DNA from: an uncultured Gammaproteobacteria bacterium
GTDB lineage: Bacteria > Patescibacteriota > Microgenomatia > Levybacterales > UBA12049
Direction of reading: 5' to 3'
Assembly (NCBI GenBank): GCA_964508395.1
Contig: CAZDTO010000001.1
Span: 1 to 40,334, forward strand
DNA length: 40,334 bases
Both the position numbers and the translations under genes were made by a program. The notes under the pieces were generated by a model that did no database searches, was not told the DNA's origin, and saw only the letters and a program-made list of their open reading frames with translations. Of the stretch, positions 7,453-14,920 are shown piece by piece. The number at the start of each line of letters is the position of its first letter. Position 1 is the first letter of the stretch.

Positions 7453-8042
7453 CTAACTCATCTCATAAAGACAATAGGAAACATTTTCATACACCGTGGG
7501 GAAGTCCACCTTATTTATGCAAAGATAGTTTATGTGCCAAAATGCAACTTAAGACCCCAGAAGTAAAGGAGAAACCAATTTCGGATCGCCCCGAAAATGG
7601 TTGTGAGTGCCATTGTCATAAACCAACTCATGCAAAAACGATGTATTGTAATTGTAAGTGCTCTTGCTCTACCCCTAGAGAGGAATCTACTAATTACCAG
7701 TCAAGTAGTAGTAAACTAGGAGCAAACGTGGAAGGGTGGGAAAAGGAGTTTGAGGAACTTCCTGAATGGGAAACATGGCGTGATACTCCACCAGAAAAAG
7801 AAGATTATCAATATGATTTAGGATTCTTACAAGCACAAATTAAAATCTTTATTTCTAATTTGCTCCGTTCAGAGAGAAAAAGGTTGGTGGAGGAAATTAA
7901 AAAAAAGGTAAAAGAAGAATTAGAATTAACTAGGGTTAAGAATCTCAAAGGCTTAAAGGTTATAGATCAATTGAATGATATATTTGATTTCGCTTTTGAT
8001 GATGTTTTGGAGTACTTGGAGGAGGTATTTAAGGGAGATTGA
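7449..8042 (+). CDS. hypothetical Cys/His-rich protein with acidic coiled-coil C-terminus
   Basis: Track ORF. CECHCHKPTHAKTMYCNCKCSCS cluster. Confidence 0.5.
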   Translation: MTNSSHKDNRKHFHTPWGSPPYLCKDSLCAKMQLKTPEVKEKPISDRPENGCECHCHKPTHAKTMYCNCKCSCSTPREESTNYQSSSSKLGANVEGWEKEFEELPEWETWRDTPPEKEDYQYDLGFLQAQIKIFISNLLRSERKRLVEEIKKKVKEELELTRVKNLKGLKVIDQLNDIFDFAFDDVLEYLEEVFKGD

Positions 8043-8146
8043 GTTGGGGAGAATGTTGACTATTGACTCTATTATCGTAGTTCAAGAGTGCTCTTGGGCT
8101 AAATTGAATAGAGGGTTCTTCTCTCCAACTGAGTCTCTTTAAGAAT

Positions 8147-8347
8147 ATGAAGAAGATAATGTATAAACATCATATAGAGTTTTTGAAAAGAATAAATAAA
8201 GAATTTACAACTGAAGATGCACAAAAAATACTAGGTAAATCCAGCATGGCATTGGGAGGTTTTTTAGGTGCATTAGTAAAAAATAAATATATAGAACCAA
8301 TTTATAGAATAACTCGTTCGAATGTTGTTTATAAAAAACTTGTATGA
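8147..8347 (+). CDS. small winged-helix-like DNA-binding protein (regulator candidate)
   Basis: Track ORF. FTTEDAQKILGKSSMALGGFLGALVKNKYIEP resembles a wHTH. It sits between two copies of TATTGAC...TTATCGTAGTT. Confidence 0.4.
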   Translation: MKKIMYKHHIEFLKRINKEFTTEDAQKILGKSSMALGGFLGALVKNKYIEPIYRITRSNVVYKKLV

Positions 8348-8437
8348 ATGTAGTCAATCTCTTGATTGAGAAGAAGGAGAAATGAACCTATTTTGGCGGG
8401 GATACTAGTGCCCGCCAGCAATACGTTCGGGAGAAAG

Positions 8438-8463
8438 AGGAGGCTATTAACAGCTTCCTTTTT
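8438..8463 (+). terminator. intrinsic terminator candidate after the wHTH gene
   Basis: aggaggc (8438-8444) pairs with gcttcct (8453-8459, one G-U), followed by a T5 run. Confidence 0.4.
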
Positions 8464-8468
8464 CGTTA

Positions 8469-8497
8469 TTGACAAGTAATTTCGGATGTGTTATCGT
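8469..8497 (+). promoter_or_regulatory. sigma70-type promoter with extended -10 (late operon promoter candidate)
   Basis: TTGACA 8469-8474, 17-nt spacer, TGt 8489-8491, TATCGT 8492-8497. Confidence 0.5.
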
Positions 8498-8506
8498 AGT
8501 TGCATA

Positions 8507-8545
8507 CCCGAACGTTTCATTAAATTGAAAGGTGCGGGTTTTTTT
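8507..8545 (+). terminator. terminator/attenuator hairpin immediately downstream of the promoter
   Basis: cccgaac (8507-8513) pairs with gtgcggg (8532-8538, one mismatch), then a T7 run 8539-8545 abutting ATG 8546. Confidence 0.45.
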
Positions 8546-8785
8546 ATGGTTCAGAAGAATAGTCACAAGGACAGCCTGACAATTTTCAGAAACAATATGA
8601 TGCTGGAAATTGCCATTACGGAAGTTAATCTGAGAATGGCGGAAAGAGATAAACTTCTCGCAGTTGATATAAACCCTAATCTTTCAGCACACATTGCGGG
8701 CTTAACAGAAAAAATAAAATTAATACAAAAGAATATTGCTATGGTTGATAAACTTTTAGAAGAGGAGGAGAAAAAATTAAACTGA
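8546..8785 (+). CDS. hypothetical coiled-coil protein, first gene of the late operon
   Basis: Track ORF 8486..8785. The upstream part overlaps the promoter and leader hairpin, so ATG 8546 (MVQKNSHK) is preferred. Confidence 0.45.
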   Translation: MVQKNSHKDSLTIFRNNMMLEIAITEVNLRMAERDKLLAVDINPNLSAHIAGLTEKIKLIQKNIAMVDKLLEEEEKKLN

Positions 8786-8786
8786 T

Positions 8787-9143
8787 ATGGCTTTAATTCC
8801 GTCTCCAGGATTCATGTTACTTGAAAAAGTTCCCGTTCCTCACACCAGTAAGCTGGCTCGTTCCAACGAGGATACCGCAGACTCCAACTACGGCAAGGTT
8901 TTAGATTGGGGTCTGCCTTTACTGCAAGAGGGCGGAGTTGTCCTACAGATACCCAGATTTTCCATAGAGACTAATGAGGAAGGGTTGGGAGGTAAGGAAA
9001 GAAAGCTCAAGAAGGGGGACATAGTAGTTTTCGAGAAGAGAACGGAACGTAAAATGAATGATGATTATAGCTCGGGGGCAGATATAATTCAGGTTCGATT
9101 TGATTCACTGCTCGCTTTATTTATAGAGGAGGTAAGAGAATAA
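8787..9143 (+). CDS. groES: GroES-like co-chaperonin (Cpn10 family, divergent)
   Basis: LIPSPGFMLLEKV (cf. GroES i-P-l-g-d-r-v-l-v), NYGKVLDWG (cf. G-x-V-v-A-v-G), LKKGDIVVFEK (cf. v-k-v-G-D-x-V-l-f) and a terminal IIQVRFDSLLALF. Lies immediately upstream of the GroEL-like gene and overlaps it by 1 nt. Confidence 0.6.
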   Translation: MALIPSPGFMLLEKVPVPHTSKLARSNEDTADSNYGKVLDWGLPLLQEGGVVLQIPRFSIETNEEGLGGKERKLKKGDIVVFEKRTERKMNDDYSSGADIIQVRFDSLLALFIEEVRE

Positions 9144-10792
9144 TGGCAATAATTCCAAAAAGGGTAGAGTTTTCTACGGAGGCTCGAAACTATATCTTAA
9201 AAGGAGCTGGAATTATGGCTCGTGCAGTTGGAACTACCTTGGGGCCTAAAGGCAGGAATGTCTTACTATCCTCAAAATATGGTGGGATTATTGAGGTGCA
9301 TGACGGGGTGACTGTAAGTAACGAAACCAAGCTGGACGATCCTCGTGAAGACGCAGGAGCTACAGCTATACGAGACGCAGCCCGAAAGACTAATGATGCC
9401 TCCGGGGATGGCACTACCACCGCCACAGTTTTAGCTTACGAGATTTTACGGGAGGGGAACGCTTACATAATTGCAGGTAAGAACCCCATGTTGATGCAGA
9501 AAGGTATTGATACTGCGGCTAAGCAGGCGGTCGAACTCCTAAAAGAAATGGCAGAACCTATTAAAGAATCTTTAGAGAAGATGATCCAGGTGGCTACAGT
9601 CTCGGCAGCTGATGAGGAGATAGGAAAAGTTATAGCTGAGGCTCTTAAAAAAGTAGGCAAATACGGAGTGGTGACGGTAGACAAGGGTAACGAATTGGGC
9701 TATCATACCGAGTTTAAGGACGGTATGGAGTGGGATAAAGGCTGGATACATCCTGGTTTTGTTTTAAGGGTGCTTGACGGTAAGCCTAACGTGAGGTTAG
9801 AAGCTAAGGTTGAGGAACCCTTTGTTTTGGTGACCGATCACACGATCACTTCGCGATTAGAGATACTACCCTTTTTGGAGAGGTTTGTGGAGGCGGGACA
9901 CAAAAACTTGCTTATTATCTGTGACGGAGTAGAGAGAGAAGCAATGGTTATTTTAGGAGCGCAGTTTGAACGGGGAGTAATTAATGTCTTGCCTGTTCCC
10001 GCCCCCTCATTTGGTGAGCATAAAAGAGATGGTCTGGAAGACATTGCTATTTTAACGGGCGGAGTGTTTGTCTCTAAAGAGATGGGAATGAACATCAAGG
10101 ACATTAAGCTAGACGTTGAGCCGCAGATATTAGGTAGGGCTGATTCGGTTGTTGCCACCCAAACTTCAACAGTCCTTATAGGAGGCAGGGGTGATCCGGA
10201 GAAAGTCAAGGCCAGGGCAAAACAAATCGAAGAACAATTAAAGGATGCGGATCATGAGTTGAAGAAAGAGAAGTACATCGAAAGGCTTGCCAAGCTGACT
10301 TCGGGAGTAGCGGTAGTTAAGGTCGGGACATCTGGGGATGCGGAAAACAGAGAAAAGACCGAGAGGGTTAAGGATGCCATAGGTGCTACCAAGGCTGCGG
10401 TGGAGGAAGGGATTGTACCTGGAGGCGGAATAGCCTTGCTAGAAATAGCTCAAAAGATAAACACCAATTTGGGTTCTGAGGAGGAAAATCTAGGGGCAGA
10501 AATTTTAAAGAAAGCTCTATTAAAACCAATTAAACTATTAGTAGAAAATGCCGGGGGCAGTCCTGATGTAGTTATTAACGAGATTCTTAAAAAGGAAGCG
10601 GGAACAGGCTATAATGTGGTTACAGGAAAGTATGTTGACATGAAGAAGGCGGGAATTGTGGATCCACTCAAAGTTACTATCTCCGCAGTACAAAATGCGG
10701 CAAGTGTGGGGGGGATGTTATTGACTGTAGAGGCAACCATAACTGATATGCCTGATCCCGAAAGAGAGAAAAAAGAACAGCAAGGAGAATAA
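9143..10792 (+). CDS. groEL: GroEL-like chaperonin (Cpn60 family)
   Basis: 549 aa. Hallmark blocks TLGPKGRNVLL, DGVTV, GDGTTTATVLA, AVVKVG, EEGIVPGGG, GIVDPLKV. Lacks the C-terminal GGM repeat tail. Confidence 0.9.
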   Translation: MAIIPKRVEFSTEARNYILKGAGIMARAVGTTLGPKGRNVLLSSKYGGIIEVHDGVTVSNETKLDDPREDAGATAIRDAARKTNDASGDGTTTATVLAYEILREGNAYIIAGKNPMLMQKGIDTAAKQAVELLKEMAEPIKESLEKMIQVATVSAADEEIGKVIAEALKKVGKYGVVTVDKGNELGYHTEFKDGMEWDKGWIHPGFVLRVLDGKPNVRLEAKVEEPFVLVTDHTITSRLEILPFLERFVEAGHKNLLIICDGVEREAMVILGAQFERGVINVLPVPAPSFGEHKRDGLEDIAILTGGVFVSKEMGMNIKDIKLDVEPQILGRADSVVATQTSTVLIGGRGDPEKVKARAKQIEEQLKDADHELKKEKYIERLAKLTSGVAVVKVGTSGDAENREKTERVKDAIGATKAAVEEGIVPGGGIALLEIAQKINTNLGSEEENLGAEILKKALLKPIKLLVENAGGSPDVVINEILKKEAGTGYNVVTGKYVDMKKAGIVDPLKVTISAVQNAASVGGMLLTVEATITDMPDPEREKKEQQGE

Positions 10793-11046
10793 TGAATACA
10801 GAAACTGGCGAACAATTCATAAAGAGAATTATTAAATGTTCTCTATCCGCTCTCTTTGCAATAGGGGTTACAAGCCCCCAAAACATTGATAAATTAGTTA
10901 ATCATTTTACAGAGGAGTTAATGAAAAACTATCCTGTTGTGCCTAGCGAGCCAACAAATGAGCCTATTCCTGAAAATGCAAGACCGCAGGATGCCCCACA
11001 AGCCCCCCAAAAAGAAGAAGTTGACATAGTAGTAGGGGAGAAATAG
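10792..11046 (+). CDS. hypothetical protein
   Basis: Track ORF, TAATG overlap with the GroEL gene. Confidence 0.45.
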   Translation: MNTETGEQFIKRIIKCSLSALFAIGVTSPQNIDKLVNHFTEELMKNYPVVPSEPTNEPIPENARPQDAPQAPQKEEVDIVVGEK

Positions 11047-11060
11047 AAAAAGAAATAAAT

Positions 11061-11468
11061 ATGGAGTACGTCTTAATTATTATTGCCGGGCTTTTGATTG
11101 CGCCTTACTTAATGTACGGTTGGCTTTTTGGACTCACGCTTATAAAAAGATTATACGACAAAGAATGGAAAGAAACCAAAGGGTTGATTGGAGCGTATGA
11201 AAAGCTAACCCCTGAGCAGAGAATGGACTTAGAGATACATAGGGATCAGCCGACTACCCCAACCCAACAGCAGCCTAAGAGCGATAAGACTACTCAATGG
11301 CTTGGTTCTCCCACTCCGCAGGCAGAGTTAAAATCGCAAAATGAGCAGGCTTTTCGTGAGGGGTTGGTTCATAAAACGCCTGTAACGGGATGGGAAAGTA
11401 ACGAGGAAGCGAACCGAGCGCCTGATACAACGATAACAAATCCATTAGCTTTAGCACCAAAACCATGA
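11061..11468 (+). CDS. hypothetical membrane-anchored protein
   Basis: Track ORF. N-terminal helix VLIIIAGLLIAPYLMYGWLFGLTLI. Confidence 0.5.
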   Translation: MEYVLIIIAGLLIAPYLMYGWLFGLTLIKRLYDKEWKETKGLIGAYEKLTPEQRMDLEIHRDQPTTPTQQQPKSDKTTQWLGSPTPQAELKSQNEQAFREGLVHKTPVTGWESNEEANRAPDTTITNPLALAPKP

Positions 11469-11478
11469 AAGGAGGTAT

Positions 11479-11667
11479 ATGACGATTTACATTTGGGAGA
11501 ATGAAATAAGCAAAATTGTCCTGGCGGTAATTGCAGGTTCAGTAGCTGATGCAATAAAACTTGCAGAGCAAGACGGTATCAAGGTAGAAGGTGAACCCCA
11601 AAGGGTGATATCTCTTGTTGAGCCAACACCCGCAATAGTTGTTTATAGCGGGGAAAAAAATGAATGA
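11479..11667 (+). CDS. hypothetical protein
   Basis: Track ORF, with SD aaggagg upstream. Confidence 0.45.
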   Translation: MTIYIWENEISKIVLAVIAGSVADAIKLAEQDGIKVEGEPQRVISLVEPTPAIVVYSGEKNE

Positions 11668-12005
11668 AATCTTGCTCGCACGTCCTCGGTTTTCTAAGTG
11701 ATATGCGAACTGTCTTAACAGACAGGGATTTTATTGAACGAAAATGCAGAGTTTGCGGAGAAGAAGAAATATTAAAAAGGGCGGGAAAAATCCAAACAGG
11801 CTATAGTGTGCCTGCAGAGCAGTTTAGGGACTTTGAGAGAAGGGAGTTTGCAAAAGAGCAGTTACAGCCCCAGCCGCAGAAGTATGATACGGGACCCGTT
11901 AACGAGTTATTTGAAGACGCTTATGGTGATCCTGCAGTGACAGCCAAGTCCAGGATGGGAGCTAAAACTGATGAGGCTTTTGTAAAGCCAGAAGGAGAGA
12001 AATGA
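11664..12005 (+). CDS. hypothetical protein
   Basis: Track ORF, ATGA overlaps. Confidence 0.45.
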   Translation: MKSCSHVLGFLSDMRTVLTDRDFIERKCRVCGEEEILKRAGKIQTGYSVPAEQFRDFERREFAKEQLQPQPQKYDTGPVNELFEDAYGDPAVTAKSRMGAKTDEAFVKPEGEK

Positions 12006-12442
12006 CTGAACAAAAAACCGATATTAAACAACTTCAAGTAATCTTTGGGGAGGATTTAGACTTATTGTTATTTTATCTTGCTTGGATTAAAAATGGACTT
12101 AATGCCACTAGAGCTTATAAAGAATTGCACCCAAACGTAACAAATGGAAGTGCGGAGGTTTTGGGTTCAAGGGCGTTAGGAAAAGTTAGTAAAGAGTTAA
12201 TTATGCAAGCCTATGGGTTGGATCAACAAATATACTTCGACCAATTAAAAGAAGGAATTGATGCTACTAAGTGGAATGATTTTACAGGCGAGAGGGAAGC
12301 AGACCATAAGACAAGACGGGAATACCACAAGACGCTTGGAAAATTATTAGGAATAGAAAGAGATGATGAAACCCCACCAATTCAAGTGAATGTAGGAGTA
12401 TTTAACAATGCAACTATGGCAAAAAGATATTCAATAAAATGA
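12002..12442 (+). CDS. terS: terminase small subunit
   Basis: LFYLAWIKNGLNATRAYKELHPNVTNGSAEVLGSRALGK matches the Terminase_2-type HTH pattern (N-A-T-x-A-y...a...as.ll). Lies directly upstream of TerL. Confidence 0.7.
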   Translation: MTEQKTDIKQLQVIFGEDLDLLLFYLAWIKNGLNATRAYKELHPNVTNGSAEVLGSRALGKVSKELIMQAYGLDQQIYFDQLKEGIDATKWNDFTGEREADHKTRREYHKTLGKLLGIERDDETPPIQVNVGVFNNATMAKRYSIK

Positions 12443-13359
12443 GAGCTTTTGGAGAAAACATCAATTATCAATCGTTTATCGAGGATAACTTCCTTATCAA
12501 AAACAAGGATGGAATAGTTGTACCATTCCTTTTTGACATCTTCCAGGAGGGACAGATCAGATCAGTACAGGACTACTACATGGTTGACCTATACCGACAC
12601 TATGGCGATGAGCTTGAGGGCGTGAGGGATATTGTCCTCAAGGGACGCAAAGAGGGGTTTAGCGCAATGATACTGGGTATGTTTGCTACCGACTTCTTAA
12701 TGTCGGAACACCCGATCGGCTGCGTATCTATTGCGGATACAAAAGAGGAAACTCAGAGACTATTGAGCAGGGCTAAGTTTTTTATAGAGTCGGCAGCAAT
12801 AAAAGAAAATAGTAAGCTAACGGACATTTGCGATATAGTCAGTAAAAACCAGTTGCGCAATAAGTGGAACGGGGCGGAGTTTTGGATTGGTACAGCAGGG
12901 AGTAAGGTTGCATTGCGTACCGAAACAGTTCAGGACTTGCATTTTTCAGAAGCAGCCTACTTTGCCGATACGGATATCATAACTGCCACAGAGACGATTG
13001 AAGGGGCGTTGCAGATGGTTCCGCAAGGCAAGGGGAAGGTGTTTATCGAGTCAACTGCTAACGGATATGGCAACTATTATCAGGACTTGTGGGATAAGGC
13101 CAGTTTAGGCGAGAGTACCTTTAGACCAGTATTCTATGGAGCTGACCAGTTCTACTCAAAAGAATGGCTGGCTATCAAAGAGATAGACTTTACGACCAGA
13201 GAGATGTTCTGGCAGGAATATCCTAATAGCCCGGGGCAGGCTTTTATTTCCAGCGGCAGTAAGTTTTTTGATACAGAAGCCATACTGTGGTTGCAAAAAG
13301 AGGTTGTTAGAAAGCCTCTGATTGAGGGCAATCTGAACATATACGGAGAGATAGTTTAA
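12439..13359 (+). CDS. terL: terminase large subunit, N-terminal ATPase half only
   Basis: VLKGRKEGFS (Walker A-like), VQDLHFSEAAYF (Walker B/catalytic Glu region), IESTANG (coupling motif), FWQEYPNSPGQAF. Stops at TAA 13357-13359 with no nuclease domain. Confidence 0.8.
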   Translation: MRAFGENINYQSFIEDNFLIKNKDGIVVPFLFDIFQEGQIRSVQDYYMVDLYRHYGDELEGVRDIVLKGRKEGFSAMILGMFATDFLMSEHPIGCVSIADTKEETQRLLSRAKFFIESAAIKENSKLTDICDIVSKNQLRNKWNGAEFWIGTAGSKVALRTETVQDLHFSEAAYFADTDIITATETIEGALQMVPQGKGKVFIESTANGYGNYYQDLWDKASLGESTFRPVFYGADQFYSKEWLAIKEIDFTTREMFWQEYPNSPGQAFISSGSKFFDTEAILWLQKEVVRKPLIEGNLNIYGEIV

Positions 13360-13643
13360 TGAAGTATTTAATAGTAGCTAAATTAAAGAAACAAAAACAG
13401 CAAGGGGGAAAATACTTTTTTCTATCTGATAAAGATTACGAGAGGTATATTGATGAAATGTCAGAATTTAACCCGAAACTTACAGGTAGTTTAGTTAAAG
13501 GCAGTTCAGCGGTGTTAAGTGAAGATGGAGTATTCCTGACCCCTGCTCAACAAGGAATCCCACTCTTATTTTATTGTGGTTTGCCTGTTTTTAGGAAGAG
13601 GTATAAAAAGTTAGTTAAAAGTATTTATGGGGAGATTGTATGA
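13359..13643 (+). CDS. hypothetical protein whose C-terminal tail copies the TerL-N tail
   Basis: Track ORF. Ends ...FRKRYKKLVKSIYGEIV, compared with the TerL-N end ...VRKPLIEGNLNIYGEIV. Confidence 0.5.
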   Translation: MKYLIVAKLKKQKQQGGKYFFLSDKDYERYIDEMSEFNPKLTGSLVKGSSAVLSEDGVFLTPAQQGIPLLFYCGLPVFRKRYKKLVKSIYGEIV

Positions 13644-13891
13644 AAAGATGGTTTGATGATTGGAAGATAGAAACAGAAAATGAACGAAAAAACTATGTTC
13701 GCTTAATACTGCGGTTACCTCATACAAAGTCAAAGCAGAAATTTTTGATGTTAACAGTTAAAAGGAATGGTGGATTACATTGGTTATTTAGCCACTTTGA
13801 ATTAGCTTTAATGAATTTATCAGAGTCTGTAGAAATAACTTTACCAGAAGACACAAAGGTTGTCAAAACAATATATAAAGAATTAAAATGA
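13640..13891 (+). CDS. hypothetical protein
   Basis: Track ORF, ATGA overlaps at both ends. Confidence 0.45.
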   Translation: MKRWFDDWKIETENERKNYVRLILRLPHTKSKQKFLMLTVKRNGGLHWLFSHFELALMNLSESVEITLPEDTKVVKTIYKELK

Positions 13892-14670
13892 ATCCTGCCG
13901 AAGTAATCAGTGAAGTTCTACAATCAATAGCTGAGAAAGCTCAAGTAGGCGTTAATTTATTGGAACTTGAAAAGAGAGCAGAGACTACTATACAAATAAG
14001 AGGAGCCGTTTCGGCAAACAAAAACTATCAACCTCAATGGGCGAAGACACCCTTCCCTTCTGTGGTGTGTCTGGGAGTCAACGATCAAGTAGGACACAAC
14101 ATACCCAGGGATTATGTCTTACAAGATGGTGATCTCTTAAAGATAGACTGCGGTATCACAATCAATGGTCAGGCAGGAGACGCAGGACTCACCATTCCTA
14201 TAGGCAAGATTAGCGATAGGGATGAGAGACTGCTAAGGTATACCAAGAGAGCTTTGTACCGAGGTATCCAAGCTATTCAAGTAGGCGGCAAGGTTAGCGA
14301 GGTAGGCAAAGTTATTGAACGCTATATAATGCAGATGGGATTGGCTGTTGTCAGACAGATGAACGGTCATGGTATAGGAGCGCAGATGCACATGGAGCCG
14401 GCCATCCCGCACTTTATCGTACCGCAAAAGAGAGTCGGGAAGAAGTACGAGTATACCGAGGTTGACTTGGGTACTTTCCGCGAGGGACAGATAGTATGCA
14501 TTGAACCTCATGTTACCTATCATAGCGATGTGGTCAAGGAGGACGATTGGGGTTTGAAAACTAGAGATGGGCGCAAGTCAGCAATGTTTGAACATATGGT
14601 AGAGATTAGTTCATCGGGAGTAAGAATTTTAACAACGCATATTGCAGAGGAGGTGAATTATGGAGAATAA
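13888..14670 (+). CDS. map: methionine aminopeptidase, type I-like
   Basis: Pita-bread fold motifs with all expected metal ligands visible: VGHNIP, KIDCG (Asp), GDAGLT (Asp), GHGIG (His), CIEP (Glu), FEHMV (Glu). Confidence 0.8.
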   Translation: MNPAEVISEVLQSIAEKAQVGVNLLELEKRAETTIQIRGAVSANKNYQPQWAKTPFPSVVCLGVNDQVGHNIPRDYVLQDGDLLKIDCGITINGQAGDAGLTIPIGKISDRDERLLRYTKRALYRGIQAIQVGGKVSEVGKVIERYIMQMGLAVVRQMNGHGIGAQMHMEPAIPHFIVPQKRVGKKYEYTEVDLGTFREGQIVCIEPHVTYHSDVVKEDDWGLKTRDGRKSAMFEHMVEISSSGVRILTTHIAEEVNYGE

Positions 14671-14920
14671 AAATATATTTGTCGCCGGTATCCCCTGGGC
14701 TTTTGATGACCTAAAGTTAAGTGAACTCTTTGCGAAACACGGAGCGGTAGTCTCGGCTAAAGTTATAACTGACAGAGATACGGGGAGATCAAAAGGCTAT
14801 GGTTTTGTTGAGATGTCAACATCAGAGGAAGCCCAAAGCGCAATCAAAAACCTTGACGGTACTGATCTTAATGGGCGAAAATTGGTAGTCAATGCCGCAA
14901 AACCAAGAAGGGAGGTATAA
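14660..14920 (+). CDS. RRM-type RNA-binding protein
   Basis: 86 aa. RNP2-like IFVAGI and a perfect RNP1 KGYGFVEM (14792-14815). Overall it resembles small bacterial RRM (Rbp) proteins. Confidence 0.8.
   Translation: MENKNIFVAGIPWAFDDLKLSELFAKHGAVVSAKVITDRDTGRSKGYGFVEMSTSEEAQSAIKNLDGTDLNGRKLVVNAAKPRREV

Noticed and set aside
8056-8078. A functional promoter at the first TATTGAC...TATCGT copy.
   Set aside because: Spacing between TTGACT and TATCGT is only 4-11 nt, which is incompatible with sigma70 geometry. It is kept only as a repeated motif or possible binding site.
9190-10886. Minus-strand ORFs 9190..9426, 9463..9684, 9838..10209, 10609..10815 and 10677..10886, opposite the GroEL gene.
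   Set aside because: They are fully embedded antisense to a CDS with unmistakable Cpn60 motifs, have low-complexity composition and lack SD sites. This is typical shadow-ORF behaviour.
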